A DNA stretch of 12,397 nucleotides from the NCBI GenBank assembly GCA_051866635.1, contig JBJDXJ010000021.1:1-12397 (forward strand). The letters run 5' to 3'. The notes under the pieces were generated by a model that was not told the origin of the DNA, made no database searches, and was given only the letters and a program-made list of their open reading frames with translations. Position numbers and translations under genes: made by a program. This DNA is from Clostridia bacterium (lineage in GTDB: Bacteria; Bacillota; Clostridia; UMGS1883). How positions within the stretch are numbered: position 1 is the first letter of the stretch; each line of letters starts with the position of its first letter. Positions 1-7,498 of this stretch are shown here, piece by piece.

Positions 1-1
1 C

Positions 2-895
2 TACAATCAGTACATGACCACCGTGTCAGAGTTTAAGAAGATGCTTAACGAAATGTACAAAAAAGGTTACGTGTTAGTGGATATTCACGATATAGCAAAG
101 GAAGAAACAGACGAAAACGGCGTTACAAGATTTGTTCCCGGCAAAATTATGTTACCTGAAGGCAAAATCCCCTTTGTCATGAGCCAGGACGATGTATCTT
201 ATTATAACTATATGACAGGTGACGGGTTTGCAACAAAAATTGTAATCGGTGAGGACGGATATCCCACCTGTGAGTACATAACAGATGACGGCACCGTAGT
301 GTACGGCGACTATGATCTGGTACCTATTTTGGAGAGCTTTATACAAGCCCATCCCGATTTTTCCTATAAGGGTGCACGTGCGGCACTGGCAATCACAGGC
401 TATGACGGCGTTTTAGGCTACAGAACATGTCCAAGCGGTGACGGATATAATCCTGACGATGTTGAAAAAGCAAAGACAGTTGCACAAAGGATGGTTGAGT
501 GCGGATGGACTTTTGCCAGCCACAGCTGGGGACATCAACGTTACGGGGAAATAAGCCTTGAAAAAATGCAGACAGATGCAGAGAAATGGAATAACGAGGT
601 AAGGCCCATTTTAGGGGATGTTGATGTTATGATTTATGCAAACGGTGCCGACATAGCAGGCATTGAAAACTATTTTGGTGCAAAGTATGAGCTTCTGAAA
701 TCTTACGGATTTAAGTATTTTTGCAATGTTGACTCCTCAAAAGCATGGGTGCAGATAAATGACGGATATGTACGCCAGGGCAGAAGAAACCTTGACGGAT
801 ACCGTATGTGGTACTCACCGGGAAAGCTCAGTGATTTATTTAACGTGGAGGATGTTTGGGATAATACAAGACCCACGCCCGTAACTCCTATATAA
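2..895 (+). CDS. Polysaccharide deacetylase family protein (CE4/NodB-like), 5'-truncated by the window edge
   Basis: The frame is open from base 2, so ATG 14 is probably internal. CE4-type motifs: 'MSQDDVSY' (motif 1 DD) and 'SHSWGH' (H-S/T-x-x-H metal motif). Stop TAA at 893-895. Confidence 0.8.
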   Translation, partial: YNQYMTTVSEFKKMLNEMYKKGYVLVDIHDIAKEETDENGVTRFVPGKIMLPEGKIPFVMSQDDVSYYNYMTGDGFATKIVIGEDGYPTCEYITDDGTVVYGDYDLVPILESFIQAHPDFSYKGARAALAITGYDGVLGYRTCPSGDGYNPDDVEKAKTVAQRMVECGWTFASHSWGHQRYGEISLEKMQTDAEKWNNEVRPILGDVDVMIYANGADIAGIENYFGAKYELLKSYGFKYFCNVDSSKAWVQINDGYVRQGRRNLDGYRMWYSPGKLSDLFNVEDVWDNTRPTPVTPI

Positions 896-896
896 T

Positions 897-929
897 AAAA
901 TCGGACAGTCATTCTGACTGTCCGATTTT
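897..929. terminator. Bidirectional intrinsic terminator between convergent genes
   Basis: Perfect 15-bp inverted repeat AAAATCGGACAGTCA-ttc-TGACTGTCCGATTTT with A/T tails on both sides; it overlaps the last codons and stop of the symporter. Confidence 0.8.
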
Positions 930-2093
930 GTTCGCAAGAAATGCAATGCATAATAAATTTGGGATTGCCATTAACGCACAGGAAATATCACCTATTCCCC
1001 ACACCACATCAAGGTGTATAACTGCACCGAAAAATGTGGCAATTGCATAAATTACCATGAAAACATTTTTTTGCTTTTCGCCCAAAAGGTACTCTGTACA
1101 CACAATTCCAAAATATGACCATCCCACAACTGTTGTAAAGGCAAAAAAGGCTATTGAAATGTCAAGTATTCCTCCCCCTACATTTCCCAGTGCCGAATAG
1201 AATGCGTTTTGCGTACTGCTTGCGTTGGCAGATAAAATTACAAGGGCTGTTAATGTGCAAATTACAAAAGTGTCAATAAAAATGGCTATTGAACCTATTA
1301 CACCTTGATCATGGGGCGTTTTTGCGTTGGACTTAGATGATAATATTGCCATACTTCCAACCCCTGCCTCACCTGACAGTACACCTCGGGCAATGCCTGT
1401 TATCACCGCACCGGAAGTAAATGCCTTAAGGGACAAAGCTTCCTGAAATATGTTTTTAAAAACTATTGGTATTTCCCTGTAATTTATTGCAATTACAACT
1501 ATAGCGGCTACTATATAAAATAAACCCATTATGGGAACAAAGAAATCTGTAAATCTTGTTATTCCCTTCAGTCCGCCCTTTATAATTATATATGCTAAAA
1601 CCATAAATATAAGTCCTATTACCCATTTTTTTATTCCGAACCCTGTATTCATTGCGTTTGCCGCAGAGTTGGATTGTATCATATTGCCTATTCCCAAAGA
1701 TGCAAATATGCAAAAAAAGGCAAAAACCTTAGATAAGTTTTTTGGCATATACCTTATAGGCTGATTATTTTTACTTCTGTATTTTAACCCAAGCACATTT
1801 TCAGTATAAGAAACTGCCATTCCTAAAAATGCCGCTATCCACATCCAGAACACTGCTCCGGCACCGCCCACGCTTATAGCCAGGGAAACACCTATTATAT
1901 TACCTGTCCCTATAGTTGACGCCAGTGTTACAAACAATGTCTGTAAGGGTGAAACTTCGCCTTTTTTGTTTTCTGTATTTTCTTTTTCTGCACCTTTGTT
2001 TTTTACAATTTGCCTAAGGCATATAACCCCTGCAATTAAAAACAGAGGTACAAACATATAATTCCACAGTATGTTTTTTATAACATCAAGCAT
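909..2093 (-). CDS. Alanine/glycine:cation symporter family (AGCS, AlsT/AgcS-like) amino acid carrier
   Basis: Multi-pass hydrophobic protein with family motifs 'LASTIGTGNIIGV', 'GGAGAVFWMW', 'IQSNS', 'EAGVGS', 'IDTFVICTLTALVIL', 'LMAIPNL'. ATG 2093 is preferred over GTG 2102 because GGAG (2105-2102) sits 8 nt upstream. Confidence 0.9.
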   Translation of the reverse strand: MLDVIKNILWNYMFVPLFLIAGVICLRQIVKNKGAEKENTENKKGEVSPLQTLFVTLASTIGTGNIIGVSLAISVGGAGAVFWMWIAAFLGMAVSYTENVLGLKYRSKNNQPIRYMPKNLSKVFAFFCIFASLGIGNMIQSNSAANAMNTGFGIKKWVIGLIFMVLAYIIIKGGLKGITRFTDFFVPIMGLFYIVAAIVVIAINYREIPIVFKNIFQEALSLKAFTSGAVITGIARGVLSGEAGVGSMAILSSKSNAKTPHDQGVIGSIAIFIDTFVICTLTALVILSANASSTQNAFYSALGNVGGGILDISIAFFAFTTVVGWSYFGIVCTEYLLGEKQKNVFMVIYAIATFFGAVIHLDVVWGIGDISCALMAIPNLLCIAFLANKIGQSE

Positions 2094-2147
2094 TTTATCC
2101 ACTCCGTGCTTATAATATGGAAAAAGAGCATAAATTATAACTATAAG

Positions 2148-2176
2148 TTGACTTTACATACCCGTTTTGATATAAT
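2148..2176 (+). promoter_or_regulatory. Sigma-A promoter of the GH13 gene (possibly also rlmD)
   Basis: TTGACT-17 nt-TATAAT with extended -10 TG; SD GGAGGT at 2203-2208. Confidence 0.75.
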
Positions 2177-2212
2177 TATTTGTAATGATTTGGAATATTT
2201 TTGGAGGTAACC

Positions 2213-4147
2213 ATGAAATTAGAGCATAATTCCAGAAAATCTTTTTATCGTTATCCTAAAGGGGCTGTAAAGACCGATTCATCCATCAGGTTACGTATAA
2301 GCATAGGTTCAATAGCTATTCCTGACAAGGTTTCTCTTTTCGTAAACGAAGAAGAACATCAGATGTACTATATCTATTCTCTCGCAGGCACTCGTATTTA
2401 CGAATGTAGAATCAAAGCTCCCGCTGAAACGGGTCTTTTGTGGTACTTCTTTAAGGTGGAAGCCGACGGAGAAACGAACTGGTATTCCAATAATGAAAAC
2501 TTTTTAGGCGGCATGGGACAGACATACATCGAAGAACCTGCCGTTTCATATCAGATAACGGTGTATGATAAGAATTACAAAACACCGGATTGGATAAAAA
2601 ATGCCGTTGTGTATCAGATATTCCCCGACCGTTTCTACCGTGGAGAAGATACTCCCATTCACGGTATTCCACGCTCATGGGGCGAAGAGCCCTTTTATAC
2701 TGCAGAGCAGTTTGGGGGCGAATATCTCTCCAATGACTTTTTCGGGGGTACTCTTTCAGGCATTGCCGAAAAGCTACCATACCTTAAGGATTTGGGCGTA
2801 ACGGCAATTTACTTAAACCCCATATTTGAAGCCTTTTCAAACCACCGCTATGATACTGGGGATTATGAAAATGTTGATAAAACTTTAGGCACAAACGAAG
2901 ATTTTATCAATCTTGCAAAAAAAGCAAAAAAGATGGGCATACGCATCATTTTGGACGGTGTGTTCAGCCATACGGGAGCTGACAGCAGATATTTCAACAA
3001 ATACGGTCACTACGACAGTGTAGGTGCCTACCAAAGTGAAGATTCACCTTATTACAGTTGGTACAACTTCCACGGCGACCATGACCATTATGACTCCTGG
3101 TGGGGTTTTGACACATTGCCCAACACCAACGAGCTTGACAGTGAATATGTTAAGTATATTTTAACTAATCCTGACAGTATTATAAAACGCTGGATTGAAA
3201 ACGGTGCATCAGGCTGGCGTCTTGATGTTGCCGATGAGCTTCCTGACGAATTTATTATAAAACTTCGCAAAGCAGTGAAGGAAAAAGACAAAAACGCCCT
3301 TGTTATAGGCGAAGTGTGGGAGGATGCCTCCAATAAAATCAGCTACGGTGAAAAAAGGCAGTTTCTCTTAGGAAAATCCTTAGACGGTGTTATGAACTAT
3401 GTTTTTAGAGGTGCCGTACTTGACTACCTTAAATATGAAGACTCCTGCCTTTTTACTCAAAGGATTATGTCCATGGTTGAAAATTATCCTGCCGAAGCAC
3501 TTTATGCTTCCTTAAATCTTATTTCAACACATGACGTACCACGTGCCCTTACAATCCTTTCCGATGCACCTGACATTGAAGGAATGGACCGCAATGCACA
3601 AAAAGCAGTTGTTGTAACAGATGAAATGCGACAACTTGGCATTGAGCGAATGAAACTTGCAACACTTATACAGTTCACACTTCCCGGTGCACCTTGTGTA
3701 TATTACGGCGACGAAATCGGCATGTATGGTTATGCTGACCCATTTAACCGCCGTTGCTTTAACTGGGAAAACATAAATCATGAGCTTAGGGATATAACAG
3801 AAAAATGTGCATATCTCCACGGAAAATATGATGCTTTAAAAACAGGAATGGTGAATATGCTTTATCATGTTAATTCCACAGTATGCTACCTTCGTTACTC
3901 TAACGCTTTTGGGCGTGATACCACTAAAGACATGGTTTTGGTATGTATAAATGCGTCTCAGACAATTACTGAAAATCTTCATCTTGAAATGGGAAGATTT
4001 AATTTTGAAAAGGTGACCGACGGATTCACAGGTGAAGCTGTTAAATATGAAAATCACTATCTTGACACTTCTGTTCCTCCCCTTTCAGCAAAGGTTTTCA
4101 TCCTTAAAAAATCGGACAGCAATTGTTGTGTTACAGAATATATTTAA
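2213..4147 (+). CDS. Glycoside hydrolase family 13 (neopullulanase/cyclomaltodextrinase/amylopullulanase-like)
   Basis: GH13 conserved regions: 'VYQIFPDRF', 'IYLNPIF', 'SNHRYDTGDY', 'DGVFSH', 'GWRLDVADE' (nucleophile Asp), 'IGEVWE' (acid/base Glu), 'ISTHD', 'YYGDEIGM'. ATG 2213 follows SD GGAGGT; the listed TTG 2201 overlaps the SD. Confidence 0.93.
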   Translation: MKLEHNSRKSFYRYPKGAVKTDSSIRLRISIGSIAIPDKVSLFVNEEEHQMYYIYSLAGTRIYECRIKAPAETGLLWYFFKVEADGETNWYSNNENFLGGMGQTYIEEPAVSYQITVYDKNYKTPDWIKNAVVYQIFPDRFYRGEDTPIHGIPRSWGEEPFYTAEQFGGEYLSNDFFGGTLSGIAEKLPYLKDLGVTAIYLNPIFEAFSNHRYDTGDYENVDKTLGTNEDFINLAKKAKKMGIRIILDGVFSHTGADSRYFNKYGHYDSVGAYQSEDSPYYSWYNFHGDHDHYDSWWGFDTLPNTNELDSEYVKYILTNPDSIIKRWIENGASGWRLDVADELPDEFIIKLRKAVKEKDKNALVIGEVWEDASNKISYGEKRQFLLGKSLDGVMNYVFRGAVLDYLKYEDSCLFTQRIMSMVENYPAEALYASLNLISTHDVPRALTILSDAPDIEGMDRNAQKAVVVTDEMRQLGIERMKLATLIQFTLPGAPCVYYGDEIGMYGYADPFNRRCFNWENINHELRDITEKCAYLHGKYDALKTGMVNMLYHVNSTVCYLRYSNAFGRDTTKDMVLVCINASQTITENLHLEMGRFNFEKVTDGFTGEAVKYENHYLDTSVPPLSAKVFILKKSDSNCCVTEYI

Positions 4148-4161
4148 TATGAGGTATGCTT

Positions 4162-5520
4162 ATGGACAACTCTGTTTTTACATCACCCATATATGCCGTC
4201 TCCGAAGACGGAAGCGGTATAGCCAAAGATGATGGCTATACCGTTTTTGTAAAAGGTGCGGTTTTGGGCGATATATGCAAAATCCAAATAACAAAACGTA
4301 ACAAAAACTATGGGTTTGGCAAGCTGCTTAAGGTTATTACCCCATCAAAAAGTCGTATTACACCTATCTGCCCATCATTTGAGGAATGTGGCGGTTGTAC
4401 GCTTTTGCATACAGATTACAAAACCCAGCTTGATATAAAACGTGACAGGGCATATGATGCCCTTACACGTATCGGCGGTTTTGAAAATATAACGGTACAT
4501 GAAACAACTCCATCTGTGCCAAATATTAACTACCGTAACAAAAGCCAATACCCTGTAGGGGGAAAATGCGGCAATGTGCAAATCGGGTTTTATGCACCAA
4601 AAAGTCACAATGTTATTAATTCTGATTACTGTGCCATAGAAAACGGTGATTCACGGCTTATAGTCAATGCCTTCCGCACATGGATGGAAAAATATAATAT
4701 TGCCCCATATAACGAAGAAAAGCACTGTGGCACTATACGCCATATTTACTCACGTGTGGGCGAAAGCATAATTGTTGTCATAGTGTCACGAACCCGTGAT
4801 ATAGACCACATAGACAATCTTAAGGATATGCTGTTATCACTTGACACAAAAAAGCCTATAGGCGGTATTGTAGTGAATATCAATTCTCAGAAAACAAACA
4901 CAATCCTTGGCAAGTACGACTATGTTGTATATGGCGAAAAGTTTATATATGCCCGTATTTCTGATATTATCTATAAGGTAAATTACAAGTCATTCTTTCA
5001 GGTCAATGAGTTTACAACACCCCTTTTGTATGAAAAAGCACTTGATTTATGCAATTTAAAAGGCAACGAAACTGTTTTCGACCTGTACTGCGGTATAGGT
5101 ACAATAAGCCTGTTTCTTGCAAAAAAAGCAAAAAAAGTTATAGGCATTGAAATTGTACCCGAAGCTATTGAAGATGCAAGGGAAAATGCAAAATTGAACA
5201 ATATTTCCAATGCAGAGTTTTTCACGGGTGCGGCAGAGGATATTTGTCCTTCACTTATAAAGAACGGAGAAACTGCCTCTGTTGTGGTTGTGGACCCACC
5301 AAGAAAGGGTTGTGATGAAAATCTTCTTGATGCAATCGGAAAAATGATGCCTGAAAAAATAGTATATGTATCCTGTAATGTGTCAACTTTGGCAAGGGAT
5401 GCAAAAATTCTTTGCCAAAAATACGGCTATCAATTAAAAGAGGCATTCCCCTTTGACCAGTTCCCCCATTCAATGCATGTGGAATGTGTCGTGCAACTTT
5501 GTCGTGAAGATAGGAAATAA
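4162..5520 (+). CDS. rlmD: 23S rRNA (uracil-5-)-methyltransferase RlmD (RumA/RlmCD family)
   Basis: N-terminal TRAM-like domain, Fe-S motif 'CPSFEECGGC', 'YRNK', 'FFQVN', SAM motif 'DLYCGIGTISL', 'DPPRKG', catalytic 'YVSCN', C-terminal 'DQFPHSMHVECV'. Start is ATG 4162 (6 nt after GAGGT) or 4156. Confidence 0.95.
   Translation: MDNSVFTSPIYAVSEDGSGIAKDDGYTVFVKGAVLGDICKIQITKRNKNYGFGKLLKVITPSKSRITPICPSFEECGGCTLLHTDYKTQLDIKRDRAYDALTRIGGFENITVHETTPSVPNINYRNKSQYPVGGKCGNVQIGFYAPKSHNVINSDYCAIENGDSRLIVNAFRTWMEKYNIAPYNEEKHCGTIRHIYSRVGESIIVVIVSRTRDIDHIDNLKDMLLSLDTKKPIGGIVVNINSQKTNTILGKYDYVVYGEKFIYARISDIIYKVNYKSFFQVNEFTTPLLYEKALDLCNLKGNETVFDLYCGIGTISLFLAKKAKKVIGIEIVPEAIEDARENAKLNNISNAEFFTGAAEDICPSLIKNGETASVVVVDPPRKGCDENLLDAIGKMMPEKIVYVSCNVSTLARDAKILCQKYGYQLKEAFPFDQFPHSMHVECVVQLCREDRK
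5475..5484 (+). repeat. att-like core, copy 1 (inside the rlmD 3' end)
   Basis: GCATGTGGAA; shares GCATGTGGA with 11037-11045 and CATGTGGAA with 12270-12278. Confidence 0.7.
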
Positions 5521-5527
5521 CTCAGAT

Positions 5528-5562
5528 ACGCAGAAAACCGCCATTTCGGCGGTTTTCTGCGT
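5528..5562. terminator. Bidirectional intrinsic terminator between rlmD and the convergent recombinase stub
   Basis: Perfect 15-bp inverted repeat ACGCAGAAAACCGCC-atttc-GGCGGTTTTCTGCGT, 7 nt after the rlmD stop and abutting the minus-strand stop at 5563-5565. Confidence 0.85.
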
Positions 5563-5871
5563 TTAGCATTCTCTTGTCTTGAACTTTCGCCCATCACTAT
5601 ACTCTTCTCCGTCAATGGCAAATTCCATTCCGTTAATGAGAACGAAAGAGAATGACACAGGGGTGCGAACAATAACCTTATCAACAACAGCCTTGAAGAT
5701 ACTATCGTCAAACTCGGTAAGCGGATTGCTGTTCGTGTTGATAATCTCACGGATAACAGAAACCTGACGAAGCTTTTCGTTATCGTCGCTTTCCTTTTCG
5801 ATGTAGCTGTTCTTGATTTCAATGTGTTTATCCTTAATCTCACATAGAGCGGAATATTCACGCTTATATGT
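5563..5871 (-). pseudogene. C-terminal fragment of a large serine recombinase (recombinase family protein)
   Basis: Manual translation of a minus frame not in the ORF track: TYKREYSALCEIKDKHIEIKNSYIEKESDDNEKLRQVSVIREIINTNSNPLTEFDDSIFKAVVDKVIVRTPVSFSFVLINGMEFAIDGEEYSDGRKFKTREC*. A coiled-coil followed by 'LTEFDD..F..VVDKVIV......F.L.NG.E' is typical of LSR C-termini. No plausible start; the sequence turns AT-rich beyond ~5870. Confidence 0.75.
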
Positions 5872-6064
5872 AATAAGAAATATATTGTTCCTACCTATAT
5901 AACGAACAGTATGTATAATGTATATACTGCTTCAAGAAAGGAAAGAGAGATATATTACCAGCATACATACATCATGTATACATTCTATCCCGCCTTAATT
6001 TGATGAAAAAAGTTCGCTTGTTCTTGATGTTTTCGATTTTCATCGTTTAAACGGACGCGGCAAC

Positions 6065-6093
6065 TTGAAAAATTTACAATTATATGATATAAT
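6065..6093 (+). promoter_or_regulatory. Sigma-A promoter of the HEPN / R-M operon
   Basis: TTGAAA-17 nt-TATAAT with extended -10 TG (TGATATAAT); SD GAGGTG at 6110-6115. Confidence 0.8.
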
Positions 6094-6124
6094 ATAGACG
6101 AGTCTTAAAGAGGTGGTGAAAAAG

Positions 6125-7498
6125 TTGCAATTACAGAGCAATTACATTTTTCTGAAAAATCCATATAAAAAGCCTACTAAGCAGAAAAAGAATAGTGATG
6201 AAAATGTTATTGTTTTAGATTTAGGAAAGAGTGTTTATGGTTTTATCCGTAATACCTTTCCAGATGTCACAGGAGGTAGAAATCCTGATAATCCTTTCAA
6301 AAGAGAATGCAGCTTGACTGTTAAGGTTGGCTCTGTTGATTGTACTGCTACTTTTATAATAAATGAAGTTCGAGAAAATACATTTCTTGATATTATTGTT
6401 GATGGAAAAAGCAAGACACAGGCTATAAAGTGTTTTGAATATATACAGACACAGCTCTTAACCTCTGGTATAGACGAACACTACATACCGATTATTTCAT
6501 ATGACGCTATTTCCGAGTATTACTGTAATAAAATCTTTGGTAAGCTTAACTCTTTGGAACGAAACTTGAGAAAGCTTCTGTATAACATATATATTGTTAA
6601 TTTTGGAGTGCAATATTACCAAGCTACAATTAGTAAAGAACTTCAAGATGAAATAAAGAAGAACATACAGGCCAAAGGTGGAGCAGAAAAAAAGGAAATT
6701 GAGCGATTACAGAATTTTTTCTATTCACTTGATTATGGCAGCTTACAAAAGATGTTGTTTACTCCTTCTTGGACAGATATTGACCAAGAGGAAAAAGACA
6801 AATTTCTTTCGGAAAACACAGATTTGTCTATATTATCTGATGAAGAGCTGAGAAATAAATTTTTGAAATTCACACCTAAAAGTGATTGGGAGAGATTTTT
6901 TAGCGAAAAGATTAAAATTGAAAATATCGAACAGCTCGTTAAAGACATTGGTTTATTTAGAAATAAAGTTGCTCATTTTAAGTTTTTCTCTAAGAAAGAC
7001 TATGATGAGTGTGCTAAGGCAGTCAATTTTTTTAATAAGGCTGTGTTAAATGCAATAAAAATTACAGAGAGCAAAGATTTTGCAGAAAAGAATACTGTTC
7101 ATTTAAAATCTACACTCAAAGATTTTGCAGAAAAAATGGAAAATGTTCGGAAAACAATTATGAAGTCTTATGAGCCGTTATTAAACAATATCTCAAAAGT
7201 AATGCAAACATACTCTTGGATAGATAAAAATAGCGCCATAATGGAAACGGCACGCAGAACACAATCAATATTCGAAGCGATTAAACCTACATTACCTGTT
7301 CTTCCGACATCTTTGGTGCAAGGTTTGGATTTTGCGTCAAAAGTGAATATACCTCAAATCAATATGCCGCAATTTGATTTTTCAATACCACATATTCCAG
7401 ATGAAATTGTAGATTATTCCAAAGATGTTGCCGATGATGAGGATATAACAGAAGAAAACAAGATTACCCCAGAAAGCGAGGAAGATGATAATGCCTAG
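6125..7498 (+). CDS. HEPN-domain protein (Swt1/Apea-like), putative RNase effector
   Basis: HEPN signature pair: 'LERNLRKLL' (E at 6557) and R-x4-H motif 'RNKVAH' (6959-6976) in a helical region. Uncharacterised N-terminal ~125 aa; Pro-rich then acidic C-tail. TTG 6125 has good SD spacing (GTG 6113 lies within the SD). Subfamily uncertain. Confidence 0.65.
   Translation: MQLQSNYIFLKNPYKKPTKQKKNSDENVIVLDLGKSVYGFIRNTFPDVTGGRNPDNPFKRECSLTVKVGSVDCTATFIINEVRENTFLDIIVDGKSKTQAIKCFEYIQTQLLTSGIDEHYIPIISYDAISEYYCNKIFGKLNSLERNLRKLLYNIYIVNFGVQYYQATISKELQDEIKKNIQAKGGAEKKEIERLQNFFYSLDYGSLQKMLFTPSWTDIDQEEKDKFLSENTDLSILSDEELRNKFLKFTPKSDWERFFSEKIKIENIEQLVKDIGLFRNKVAHFKFFSKKDYDECAKAVNFFNKAVLNAIKITESKDFAEKNTVHLKSTLKDFAEKMENVRKTIMKSYEPLLNNISKVMQTYSWIDKNSAIMETARRTQSIFEAIKPTLPVLPTSLVQGLDFASKVNIPQINMPQFDFSIPHIPDEIVDYSKDVADDEDITEENKITPESEEDDNA
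7072..7134 (+). repeat. 18-bp intragenic direct repeat
   Basis: CAAAGATTTTGCAGAAAA at 7072-7089 and 7117-7134 (45-bp period), encoding KDFAEK twice. Confidence 0.85.

Noticed and set aside
4108-4119. AAAATCGGACAG matching the terminator arm at 897-908
   Set aside because: A single 12-bp match inside coding sequence with no partner arm; plausibly chance.
152-5473. Short ORFs nested in the deacetylase, symporter, GH13 and rlmD genes
   Set aside because: All overlap well-supported genes in other frames and lack recognisable motifs.
5430-5861. 143-aa minus-strand ORF and 62-aa plus ORF 5579-5767
   Set aside because: Shadow frames of the recombinase stub; the long one runs through the terminator into rlmD and has an S/R/L-biased composition.
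5880-6060. AT-rich spacer with ATGTATA/TATACAT motifs, considered as ncRNA, CRISPR remnant or controller-protein box
   Set aside because: The repeats are short, low-complexity and irregular; no array periodicity, no convincing structure and no C-protein gene seen.
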